A DNA stretch of 64,000 nucleotides, taken from NCBI GenBank assembly GCA_049302755.1, contig JBAQMK010000004.1, forward strand, positions 36,392 through 100,391. Reading direction: 5' to 3'. The stretch is from Minisyncoccales bacterium (GTDB lineage Bacteria; Patescibacteriota; Minisyncoccia; Minisyncoccales; Minisyncoccaceae). Both the position numbers and the translations under genes were made by a program. The notes beneath the pieces are model-generated. The model was not told the origin of the DNA. It made no database searches and saw nothing but the letters and a program-made list of their open reading frames with translations. Below, in pieces: positions 36,302 through 44,357 of the stretch (position 1 is the stretch's first letter; each line of letters begins with the position of its first letter).

Positions 36302-37253
36302 ACTTCTTTTTCATTATCTCGTTTAGTATTTCTTTGACTTTTTCAATGCTGTCGTAATCGTAAATGGAAATCGGAATCTTCTTCTTTCTCCACTTACTCA
36401 TTCTTTCTTTTAAAACATCTTTATCCACCATATCGGTCTTAGTGATGAAAATATATTCTTCTTTTTTCAATAATTCGGAATTGTAATCTCCCAGTTCTTT
36501 TTTAATCGTTTCGTAATCTTTTTTGAAGTCTTCCGATTCGGCCGAAATCAAGTGGAATAATATTTTAGTTCTTTCCACGTGTCTCAAAAATTTAATTCCC
36601 AATCCTTTTCCTTCCGAAGCTCCTTCAATCAATCCAGGAATATCGGCTAAAATTAAATCATAATAAACTCCCAAATGAGGCTCCAAGGTTGTAAAAGGAT
36701 AATTAGCGACCTTGGGATTAGCATTGGTCAATTCTTTTAATAGGCTGGATTTGCCAACATTAGGCAACCCGATAAAACCGACATCGGCAATCATTTTCAA
36801 TTCCAATCTTAAAGCATAAGCTTCTCCTTTGATTCCCGGCTGACATTGCATCGGAGTCGTATTAGTTGAAGATCGAAAAAGAAAATTACCTCGACCTCCT
36901 TTTCCTCCTTTGGCAATTAAAACCGGCTCACCGATTTTAACAATTTCTATTTTTTCATTTTTGTCTAGATTATAAACTACGGTTCCAACTGGAATCTTAA
37001 AAATAACATCTTTGCCGTTCGGTCCGTCAACAAACTCTCCCTTGCCGTTTCCTCCGTCTTCCGCCTGAACCGCTTTTTTAAAACGAAATTGTTTTAAAGC
37101 GCTTAAATCAGAAACTCCGACAAAGTAAAAACTGCCTCCTTCTCCTCCGGAGCCCCCAGTCGGACCCAAGGCAAATCTACTCTTCTGGAATGCGACGCAT
37201 CCCTTGCCTCCGTTTCCCGCTCTCACTCTAATTGTTACATCATCTATAAGCAT
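36300..37253 (-). CDS. obg: GTPase Obg (short form without C-terminal extension)
   Basis: 317 aa with Gly-rich Obg fold (AGNGGKGCVAF, GGSGGEGG, GGKGGRGN) and G1 GLPNVGKSS. Confidence 0.93.
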   Translation of the reverse strand: MLIDDVTIRVRAGNGGKGCVAFQKSRFALGPTGGSGGEGGSFYFVGVSDLSALKQFRFKKAVQAEDGGNGKGEFVDGPNGKDVIFKIPVGTVVYNLDKNEKIEIVKIGEPVLIAKGGKGGRGNFLFRSSTNTTPMQCQPGIKGEAYALRLELKMIADVGFIGLPNVGKSSLLKELTNANPKVANYPFTTLEPHLGVYYDLILADIPGLIEGASEGKGLGIKFLRHVERTKILFHLISAESEDFKKDYETIKKELGDYNSELLKKEEYIFITKTDMVDKDVLKERMSKWRKKKIPISIYDYDSIEKVKEILNEIMKKK

Positions 37254-37329
37254 ATGTTTACACTAACCTAAATAAGCCCATAAATCAAATGAAAAGATGG
37301 TTAAACTAAAACTTAGTAAAATATTTTTA

Positions 37330-38592
37330 TTATAAAAATCTCAAAAAATAAATAATAAATAACACCGCGGAAGCTATCCACAAACAATAAGCACACTTAA
37401 TATAATAGCTACCCTTTACCCCGCCTTCTTTTTTTCCTTTCCTCCAGGACATATAACCAAGGATAGCAAGGATTATTGCTAAAATAGGCCAAATATTATC
37501 GCCGAACCAAGCAGGAAGCGCTGATGCTAAAGATGCCATATTAAAAGCACTGCTTAATACTTTTTCTTGATTTTCTGTATTTGTTAAATCTTGTAAACCG
37601 TTGCCATCTTCGCCATTTACCGGCTCATTTGAACCAGATTGCCCTCCTGTATTTATCGAAAATCCTCCTGTGACACCACCCGTTGTTGATTGAGAATCAT
37701 CATTTGAATCTTCTCCAATTTCTATTTTAGAATGATCCGCCACGAAACTATATTCTCTTCCAATAGTTGCCGGAGAAGCATGAGAAACAACTCTGTAATA
37801 ATAAGTCTGTCCAAATACTAGATCTGTTAAAGTTACTTTATGAGAAATTACTTTTTCTAATCCAGAATCATCGCCTGATTTATAAAAAGCATAACCAAAA
37901 GATGGTTCACCTTTTGAAAAATCAAAGGTATTCGGTTTGTCGTCATAAATTACCGCACTAGTTGAAGCATAATTTGTTTGCCAAACTATTTCAACTTCAT
38001 TCACATCATTAAAAACTTGTTTACTTAGTTCCCCAGTTATAATTAAACCGGGAGGAAGATCACCTGATCCGCCACCACCGCCACCTCCGCCATAAATAAC
38101 TGTGCCGCCACCGCCACCGGGATTATCGGTTGTACCCTCTCCTTCAAAGCCAACCAGTAAATCAAATCCAACTACCGCGTCTTGGAAAGAATTGTTCGCG
38201 TCTGTATCAAAAGACATCTTAAGATCGTACTGTTCTGTTGAATTATTACTTACTTGAGACAAATCTACTTCACCGGCCGCAAAAAATTCATTCAACGTAC
38301 CGCTGAAAACCACGCTCGCACCATGTTTTATTTCTAAATTCAACTTTTTAGAGAATTCAGACGGATCGCTTTTATTAATAGCTTCAATGATTGCTTTTTG
38401 TTCTCCACCACTCGTATTTGTTATCTTTATAAATCTATCTATCGCGCCACCTGGAACGAATGATGCTTCTTTAAAAAGTGGTGTTTGTTCAAACTGAACC
38501 TCAAGCCCGGCTGAAAACGCCAAACCAGGCATAACTACAAAACCAAATATGATTGCGGAAAACAATGTTTTAAATAATTTCATCTGTTTCAT
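37330..38592 (-). CDS. secreted, membrane-anchored protein: TasA-like beta-sandwich N-domain, Gly-rich linker, FN3-like domain, C-terminal TM segments
   Basis: 420 aa with signal peptide ...PGLAFSAG. FVPGGAIDRFIKITNTSG resembles the family PGD block. Has a GGGGG linker, an FN3-like VEIVWQT...YYYRV region and 2 C-terminal TM segments. Overlaps the upstream gene by 23 nt. Confidence 0.6.
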   Translation of the reverse strand: MKQMKLFKTLFSAIIFGFVVMPGLAFSAGLEVQFEQTPLFKEASFVPGGAIDRFIKITNTSGGEQKAIIEAINKSDPSEFSKKLNLEIKHGASVVFSGTLNEFFAAGEVDLSQVSNNSTEQYDLKMSFDTDANNSFQDAVVGFDLLVGFEGEGTTDNPGGGGGTVIYGGGGGGGGSGDLPPGLIITGELSKQVFNDVNEVEIVWQTNYASTSAVIYDDKPNTFDFSKGEPSFGYAFYKSGDDSGLEKVISHKVTLTDLVFGQTYYYRVVSHASPATIGREYSFVADHSKIEIGEDSNDDSQSTTGGVTGGFSINTGGQSGSNEPVNGEDGNGLQDLTNTENQEKVLSSAFNMASLASALPAWFGDNIWPILAIILAILGYMSWRKGKKEGGVKGSYYIKCAYCLWIASAVLFIIYFLRFL

Positions 38593-40066
38593 TTAATGTA
38601 ATATTATTTTGATCTGTGTTAGCGCCATCAGTGTTTGTGTCTCCTGAATCTTGCGCTCCATCATCTGTTATTTGATTTTCCAATACTATCTCTGGTTCTG
38701 AGTTGTCATCAGTTCCTTCTTCTTGATCCTCTAAAACTAGCGGCTCTTCTGGTTTTATTTCAGCAGTCTCTGGCGTATCGACAACTTCATCAACTCCTTC
38801 ATTATTCTCCTCTTCTTCAATTGGAGGTGTTTCTGATAGCATTAAACTACCTGACGGTTCAGACATTAACAACAAACCATCATCTTGCCCTATTTCCAAA
38901 TCCGGAACATATTCTTTTTCAGCTAATAATTCCTGTTCTCTTTCAATAAAGGATGCTAAATCGGCATCCGATTCGTCTGATAAGTTGCGATCATTTGGAG
39001 TTCCAAGGTTAAATAGATCTGGATGATCCCAATAGGGTCTTGTACCTAACAATTCAAGACAGGTATGCCAGCTTGATTCATTGGCACCATTACCCGGAAT
39101 ATCGTTTCTTTCCATTGAAAGATGGAAGAATAAACGTTCAAAACCGGCAGCGGGCAAACCATTGCCATCGTCCGCTGTATCAATCAAGTTAGAAGAGTTG
39201 TTCCAGTCCGCTTTATATACTTTTATTTGCAAATTAGCATCACGTAAATCAACGTTTGTATCAATTAGATTTGGAGTAATGCTAATTCTAGAATCACTTT
39301 CGCTGAAACGGGATATTAAGAAAAATCCATTTGCCGGAATTACTGTTCCATTTGGAATTGTAAGCATCAAAACTTCTTGTTTAGTGAATCCGTATCCAAT
39401 TAATTTAGTGATTTGAAATCCTGAAATATCCAAATCATATGATGTAGTATTTTTTAATTCTATCCATTCATCTTTACTCTTCAGATAACTACCCATCCAC
39501 ATCAATTCGTTTATAACAATGTCACCCGGATTGATTATCCACTTATCGCTTGTTACGGTAGAAGAAATTCTTTTTTCATCAACAAAACCACCGGAAGTTA
39601 ATCCTTTTTGACTAGCCTTGAAAACTAATTCAAAAGAACAGCTTTTGTTTTGCCACTCGGCGGCATCAGAAATAAGTTCGGCTGAAAATATTTCGCTTGG
39701 CTTTACAGAAAAATCTATTTTATCGGTTAAAAAGCTTGTTAAATCTTGGGGTGTATTAGTTGTATCATCCTTCAAATTCAAATTACTACATAGATCGCCG
39801 GAAACGTTTTCCACACTAACAGTATAAACAAAATCAATTGTGCCAGCTTTTTCTAATTCAATTGTCCTTATACTAGGAACACCTGGTTTTACTTTCGGAG
39901 CAAAATCTGACGAATCCTTTAGATTAATCTTCAATGTTCCGGTTACAATCTTTGATTCCGATGCCTCTGTATCAGAATAATGGGCATACACAGGAAAAAC
40001 AAAAGATAAGCAAGCAATAAAGCTGACTGTCAGGCAAACTATTATTTTGTTTATTTCTCTTTTCAT
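38570..40066 (-). CDS. TasA/camelysin-like secreted protein with lamin-tail domain (LTD) and acidic C-terminal tail
   Basis: 498 aa. N-terminus ...VYAHYSDTEASESKIVTGTLKINLK is a SipW-type signal peptide pattern. LTD-like INELMWMG...DEWIELKNTTSYDLDISGFQI. The last ~130 aa are rich in D/E/T/N. Confidence 0.7.
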   Translation of the reverse strand: MKREINKIIVCLTVSFIACLSFVFPVYAHYSDTEASESKIVTGTLKINLKDSSDFAPKVKPGVPSIRTIELEKAGTIDFVYTVSVENVSGDLCSNLNLKDDTTNTPQDLTSFLTDKIDFSVKPSEIFSAELISDAAEWQNKSCSFELVFKASQKGLTSGGFVDEKRISSTVTSDKWIINPGDIVINELMWMGSYLKSKDEWIELKNTTSYDLDISGFQITKLIGYGFTKQEVLMLTIPNGTVIPANGFFLISRFSESDSRISITPNLIDTNVDLRDANLQIKVYKADWNNSSNLIDTADDGNGLPAAGFERLFFHLSMERNDIPGNGANESSWHTCLELLGTRPYWDHPDLFNLGTPNDRNLSDESDADLASFIEREQELLAEKEYVPDLEIGQDDGLLLMSEPSGSLMLSETPPIEEEENNEGVDEVVDTPETAEIKPEEPLVLEDQEEGTDDNSEPEIVLENQITDDGAQDSGDTNTDGANTDQNNITLNETDEII

Positions 40067-40578
40067 AATGTGGTTTCTTGTTTTTTCGTTTTAATTTCTT
40101 TTCTAATTTGCATTAATTGATCTCCGATAATTATAAATACTGGGACAATGATAATTAAGATAAAGCCAATGGGTTTTTTAATAAAATCAACTACATAACC
40201 AAGGAACGGAATGGAAAATAAAACCTTACCCTCAATTATATTCTTGGAAACTAATGCTTGGTCAACAGAATCATTAGCATCTCCTTTGGTGATATAATAA
40301 GGAACTCCTGAATTGACTTGCATGTCTTTAATTCTATGCGTAGTCGGTATTTGATTTTTGCCAGTTTTCCCAAAAGTGATGATATCACCAATCTTATAAT
40401 CACTAAAAGGTTTGATAACCACTATACTGCCGGTATGAATAGCTGGCTCCATAGAACCGGATAACACAGACAAAACTTTGAAATCACCAATCAAAGAAAA
40501 TGTGGAAAGAATTAATAATACCGCTACGATAATAATAATTCCTAAAATAATATTATATAAATATTCAAAAATTTTCAT
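40063..40578 (-). CDS. sipW: signal peptidase I, ER/archaeal (SipW) type
   Basis: 171 aa with N-terminal TM, SGSMEP Ser box, TTHRI His box, TKGDAND box and a C-terminal TM. ATGA overlap with the next gene. Confidence 0.85.
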   Translation of the reverse strand: MKIFEYLYNIILGIIIIVAVLLILSTFSLIGDFKVLSVLSGSMEPAIHTGSIVVIKPFSDYKIGDIITFGKTGKNQIPTTHRIKDMQVNSGVPYYITKGDANDSVDQALVSKNIIEGKVLFSIPFLGYVVDFIKKPIGFILIIIVPVFIIIGDQLMQIRKEIKTKKQETTL

Positions 40579-40688
40579 TTGGTTGATTTTTATTACCCCT
40601 CTAAAACTTTTATAATCCCTCCCATTTTAAGAATGAGAAGGACTAAAAAGTTTTAAACTTTTACGAAAACTTAATAAGTTTTTCCCGG

Positions 40689-41900
40689 TTATTCTTCTGA
40701 TGCAATAGGAGTATTAGAACAATCAAAGTTTGGATTGTTCCTCCACTGTTCTGCATAAGTTGTTAATGTTGCACTTAAAGTATCTCCTTGTGCCTCATTA
40801 CCAACACTTGAACCGTCACAACTAATAGTGTCACCACTTATTGTTTGTGTACCAAAACACCATGCTAAACCAATATATTGCGTAGTTCCACCCGTAATTG
40901 GAGGTAACCCTTGTTCAGCTAATGCAATATTGGTATCAATTAAATTTCCATTATGTAAAATGGCTTCACCATCTTGATAAGTTCCATTTTGATTAGCATC
41001 ATTCCAGATGATTACATTCAAGTCTTCTGAAATATCTTCGTCAACATCGTCTGACTTTTTAGCATAGAAACAAGACCAAGCGTCATTGCCGTTAACATGT
41101 ACGCTGATCAAATTAGTTCCGTAATCACCAGGCTTAACATCATCAAAGTCAAAGAAAGTATCACCTTCTACTAAATCTTTGGCTTGCCAAAGTTTACAGT
41201 TAGTTTTGAAATAATCATCACCACAATTACCATTAATTGTGAACTTGTAGATTAGTCCAGCAGGATTTGTCTGATAATTACTGCCTGCTACACCCTTATT
41301 TGTAACTACAAATTTCAAAATATTAGTTCCTTGAATGAAATAAGATGGATTAACGACAATAGAATCAGCAGAAGAATAATTAAATTCTCCGGGATCCTGA
41401 CCAAGTGGATTTCCGTTTAAATAAACTTGGTAACCGTTATCACTAGCCAATGCTAAATTAAGAGTAGCTCCGTTAATTTCTCCCATCCACTCAAAAGTGT
41501 TCTGGAAACCGTAGCTAGTATTAACTTGAGTATCCGCTTGTTGAGTTTGACTACTTTCCCAAATCCATTTAGCTTCACCAGTAGGATCAAATACGGCTGC
41601 TTTTAACCAAACAGGGTGTACCCAAGCTAGAGCTGCTGAATACGGAGTTTCTACCGCTACGCCATTTTTTTCCACTACCATGTCATGACCATCAGAACTA
41701 TATACCTCAACACTACAGGTCTTACAATCCATAATACCGTAGGTCTGTTTTAGATGATCAATTTTTAAATTCATTGTTCCGGCCACAATTATGTTGCCAG
41801 CAGAAGTTTGTGTATCATTGAAATAAGCAATTGTACCGCCGATAGCAATCAGCGAAACAAGAGCAATCAAAGAAACACTAGTTAAGATTTTTTTATTCAT
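40689..41900 (-). CDS. TasA/camelysin-like secreted protein with inserted lectin-like beta-sandwich module
   Basis: 403 aa. Has GGTIAYFNDTQTSAGNIIVAGTMNLKI. FFDFDDVKPGDYGTNLISVHVNGNDAWSCF and GDTLSATLTTYAEQWRNN align with the 260-aa paralogue. An insert of about 150 aa lies between these blocks. Confidence 0.75.
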   Translation of the reverse strand: MNKKILTSVSLIALVSLIAIGGTIAYFNDTQTSAGNIIVAGTMNLKIDHLKQTYGIMDCKTCSVEVYSSDGHDMVVEKNGVAVETPYSAALAWVHPVWLKAAVFDPTGEAKWIWESSQTQQADTQVNTSYGFQNTFEWMGEINGATLNLALASDNGYQVYLNGNPLGQDPGEFNYSSADSIVVNPSYFIQGTNILKFVVTNKGVAGSNYQTNPAGLIYKFTINGNCGDDYFKTNCKLWQAKDLVEGDTFFDFDDVKPGDYGTNLISVHVNGNDAWSCFYAKKSDDVDEDISEDLNVIIWNDANQNGTYQDGEAILHNGNLIDTNIALAEQGLPPITGGTTQYIGLAWCFGTQTISGDTISCDGSSVGNEAQGDTLSATLTTYAEQWRNNPNFDCSNTPIASEE

Positions 41901-41947
41901 ATTTTTCGTCTCTTTTAAACTTTTCTAATTTCTAATTAAAAATTTTA

Positions 41948-42730
41948 TTATTCTACAGGTTCACAAGTATAACTTGCATTATTTCTTGATTGAACTGCGG
42001 TAAAAGTAATATCTCCCTGGATGCTGTCTCCTTGAATTTCATTTTCTACATCTGCAGGAACTGTCCATTTTACTCCAATACAAGTCTTATCTAAAGGATC
42101 ATCACTTCCAGGAATCGGTTGTCCGCCATTTTGGCTGTCAGCAATCGCCCAGCTTAATTCACTAGCCGGCTGATTAGTAACAACAACGGTTTCGGTATCA
42201 TCTAAATCATTCTCACAATCAGAATCTCTCCAAACTGTGAAAAGTAAATTATTTTTTAATTCACCTGTTGTTTCAGTTTCACAATCAGAATCATCTTTCA
42301 TTTCCGCGTTATTAGCACAACCATTCTCTTTGGCCTCTAAATTAGAAATAGAAGCACAAACCCAGGCTGGGTTGTTGTTAATATGTAAACTGATGGTGTT
42401 TTCTCCTACATCGCCCGGTTTGACGTCATTATAATTAAAAAATAAATTATCTGAGGTAAGTGATTTTGCTAACCAAGTACAAGAACAAGCTGTTCCAATC
42501 ATGCTTGGTTCAGCAACTGTAGTTGATTCATCTTCATCCGCTGCCCATAAATTACTAGCACAGATCATGCCATTGTAATGGCAAGTACTACCAACCTCTA
42601 AAGATAAATTGCCCGCTGTAATTATATTGCCGATACTAGCTTGTGTACTAGTAAAATAAGCTGCTGTTGTTCCAATACCAATAGCAGCAACAACTGCAAT
42701 AATACCTAAACTAACTAATATTTTATTCAT
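41948..42730 (-). CDS. TasA/camelysin-like secreted protein (candidate major subunit)
   Basis: 260 aa with GTTAAYFTSTQASIGNIITAGNLSLEV, FFNYNDVKPGDVGENTISLHINNNPAWVCA and C-terminal IQGDSIQGDITFTAVQSRNN. About 11 Cys. First gene of the operon. Confidence 0.75.
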   Translation of the reverse strand: MNKILVSLGIIAVVAAIGIGTTAAYFTSTQASIGNIITAGNLSLEVGSTCHYNGMICASNLWAADEDESTTVAEPSMIGTACSCTWLAKSLTSDNLFFNYNDVKPGDVGENTISLHINNNPAWVCASISNLEAKENGCANNAEMKDDSDCETETTGELKNNLLFTVWRDSDCENDLDDTETVVVTNQPASELSWAIADSQNGGQPIPGSDDPLDKTCIGVKWTVPADVENEIQGDSIQGDITFTAVQSRNNASYTCEPVE

Positions 42731-42837
42731 GTTATTAAATTATTATATATCCTTATTGAACTTACCGACCTTTTAGGTTTTTATACACACTGTTTCCAGC
42801 GTGGAAAGAACTCAAAACTAAACCCCATAAAACAAAC

Positions 42838-42865
42838 GAACGAACCCCATTCGCGGAATCCGTTC
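42838..42865 (-). promoter_or_regulatory. terminator-like hairpin inside the 5' leader of the TasA-like operon
   Basis: Minus strand reads GAACG GATTCC GCGAAT GGGGTT CGTTC, which gives about 11 bp including G-U pairs, followed by GTTTGTTTTAT. Lies about 105 nt upstream of the ATG. Confidence 0.4.
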
Positions 42866-42943
42866 TTTAACACTAAGTTATAGATTGTATCTTGTTTTGC
42901 CTATAATTCATAAATAATAAATCTATCCATGACTTCTGCCTAA

Positions 42944-42972
42944 ATATTAAAGACTTTAAAAACTTTTGTCAA
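42944..42972 (-). promoter_or_regulatory. sigma70-like promoter for the TasA-like/SipW operon
   Basis: Minus strand reads TTGACA-17 nt-TAATAT. Implies a leader of about 200 nt. Confidence 0.45.
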
Positions 42973-43098
42973 ATCTGAGTTATGCACATGCATTTTATGA
43001 TATAAATATATAATATTGTCAAATTACAAACTTTTTCAAATTTTAAACCATAATTTTTGGTTAAAAATATTTCAAATTAATTAAAATGATTTATAAAT

Positions 43099-44310
43099 TT
43101 ATTCTTTCAAATATTTTCTCCCCTTTAATTTGTCGGGCATATATTCCTGTTTTTCTTTATACTCAAAACTTGGACTGTATTTATATCCCTTTCCGTATCC
43201 AACTTCATCCATTAATTTAGAAACCGCATTTCTTAAATGCAAAGGAACGGGAAGATTTCCGTATTTTCTCACATCATCGGCCACTTTTCCGTAAGCTAAA
43301 TATAATTCATTTGATTTTTTGCACTTGGACATATAAACAACGGCTTGCGCTAAAATCACATTACATTCCGGATAACCGATGAAATGACAGGCCTGGTAAG
43401 CGGCTACCGCTTGCTCTAAGGCTCGAGAATTGGCGAGTCCGATATCTTCGGAAGCGAAACGAACCAAGCGACGGGCAATAAATAGTGGATCTTCGCCCGA
43501 TTCAACCATTCGGGACAGCCAATACAGAGCAGCATTGGCATCCGAGCCTCTCATTGATTTATGTAAAGCGGAAATAATATTGTAATGCTCTTCCCCGTCT
43601 CGGTCATACATTAAAGCCGCCTTCTGAGTGGCTTCTTTTATCAATTCAACATTGATTTTGTTTGAAACCGAAGCCGCATATTCTAAAATATTCAAAGCAA
43701 TACGAGCATCGCCGTTACTAACCAAAGACAATAAATCAACCGCCTTCTTATCAATCTTAATTTTCAATACTCCCAATCCTTTCTTTTTGTCTTTCAACGC
43801 TCGTTTAATAATCAAAGCAATACTTTCTTTGGTTAACTGTTTAAAAACAAAAACTCGGGAACGTGATAACAGCGCTCCCCTAACTTCAAAGCTGGGATTT
43901 TCGGTTGTCGCACCGATTAGAGTAATCAATCCGCTTTCAATGTGCGGCAATAATCCGTCCTGCTGTGTTTTGTTCCAGCGATGAATCTCATCGATAAAAA
44001 GAATAGTTCTCTTTCCTAATCTCTGATTAACTTTCGCTCTTTCAATTATTTCTCGTAAATCTTTGAGTCCGCTCGAAACCGCACTCACCCGGACAAATTC
44101 CGATTTGGTTTGTTTGGCAATTATGAAAGCCAGAGTTGTCTTGCCGGTGCCGGGCGGACCCCAAAAAATCATCGAAGGAATCTTGTCGGTCTTAATCGCC
44201 TCCCTTAATAATTTCTTTTCGCCCACAATTTCATCCTGACCCAAAAACTCCTCCAGTGTTTCCGGACGCATCCTATCGGCAAGAGGATTGTTAATGTTTA
44301 AAGTGGACAT
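43099..44310 (-). CDS. rarA: replication-associated recombination protein A (AAA+ ATPase)
   Basis: 403 aa with Walker A GPPGTGKTT, Walker B LFIDEIHR and the MgsA C-terminal helical domain (HYNIISALHKSMRGSD). Confidence 0.92.
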   Translation of the reverse strand: MSTLNINNPLADRMRPETLEEFLGQDEIVGEKKLLREAIKTDKIPSMIFWGPPGTGKTTLAFIIAKQTKSEFVRVSAVSSGLKDLREIIERAKVNQRLGKRTILFIDEIHRWNKTQQDGLLPHIESGLITLIGATTENPSFEVRGALLSRSRVFVFKQLTKESIALIIKRALKDKKKGLGVLKIKIDKKAVDLLSLVSNGDARIALNILEYAASVSNKINVELIKEATQKAALMYDRDGEEHYNIISALHKSMRGSDANAALYWLSRMVESGEDPLFIARRLVRFASEDIGLANSRALEQAVAAYQACHFIGYPECNVILAQAVVYMSKCKKSNELYLAYGKVADDVRKYGNLPVPLHLRNAVSKLMDEVGYGKGYKYSPSFEYKEKQEYMPDKLKGRKYLKE

Positions 44311-44357
44311 ATTCCTTTTCTTTTATTATAATGAAAAAGCAATAAAAAAACAACGAA

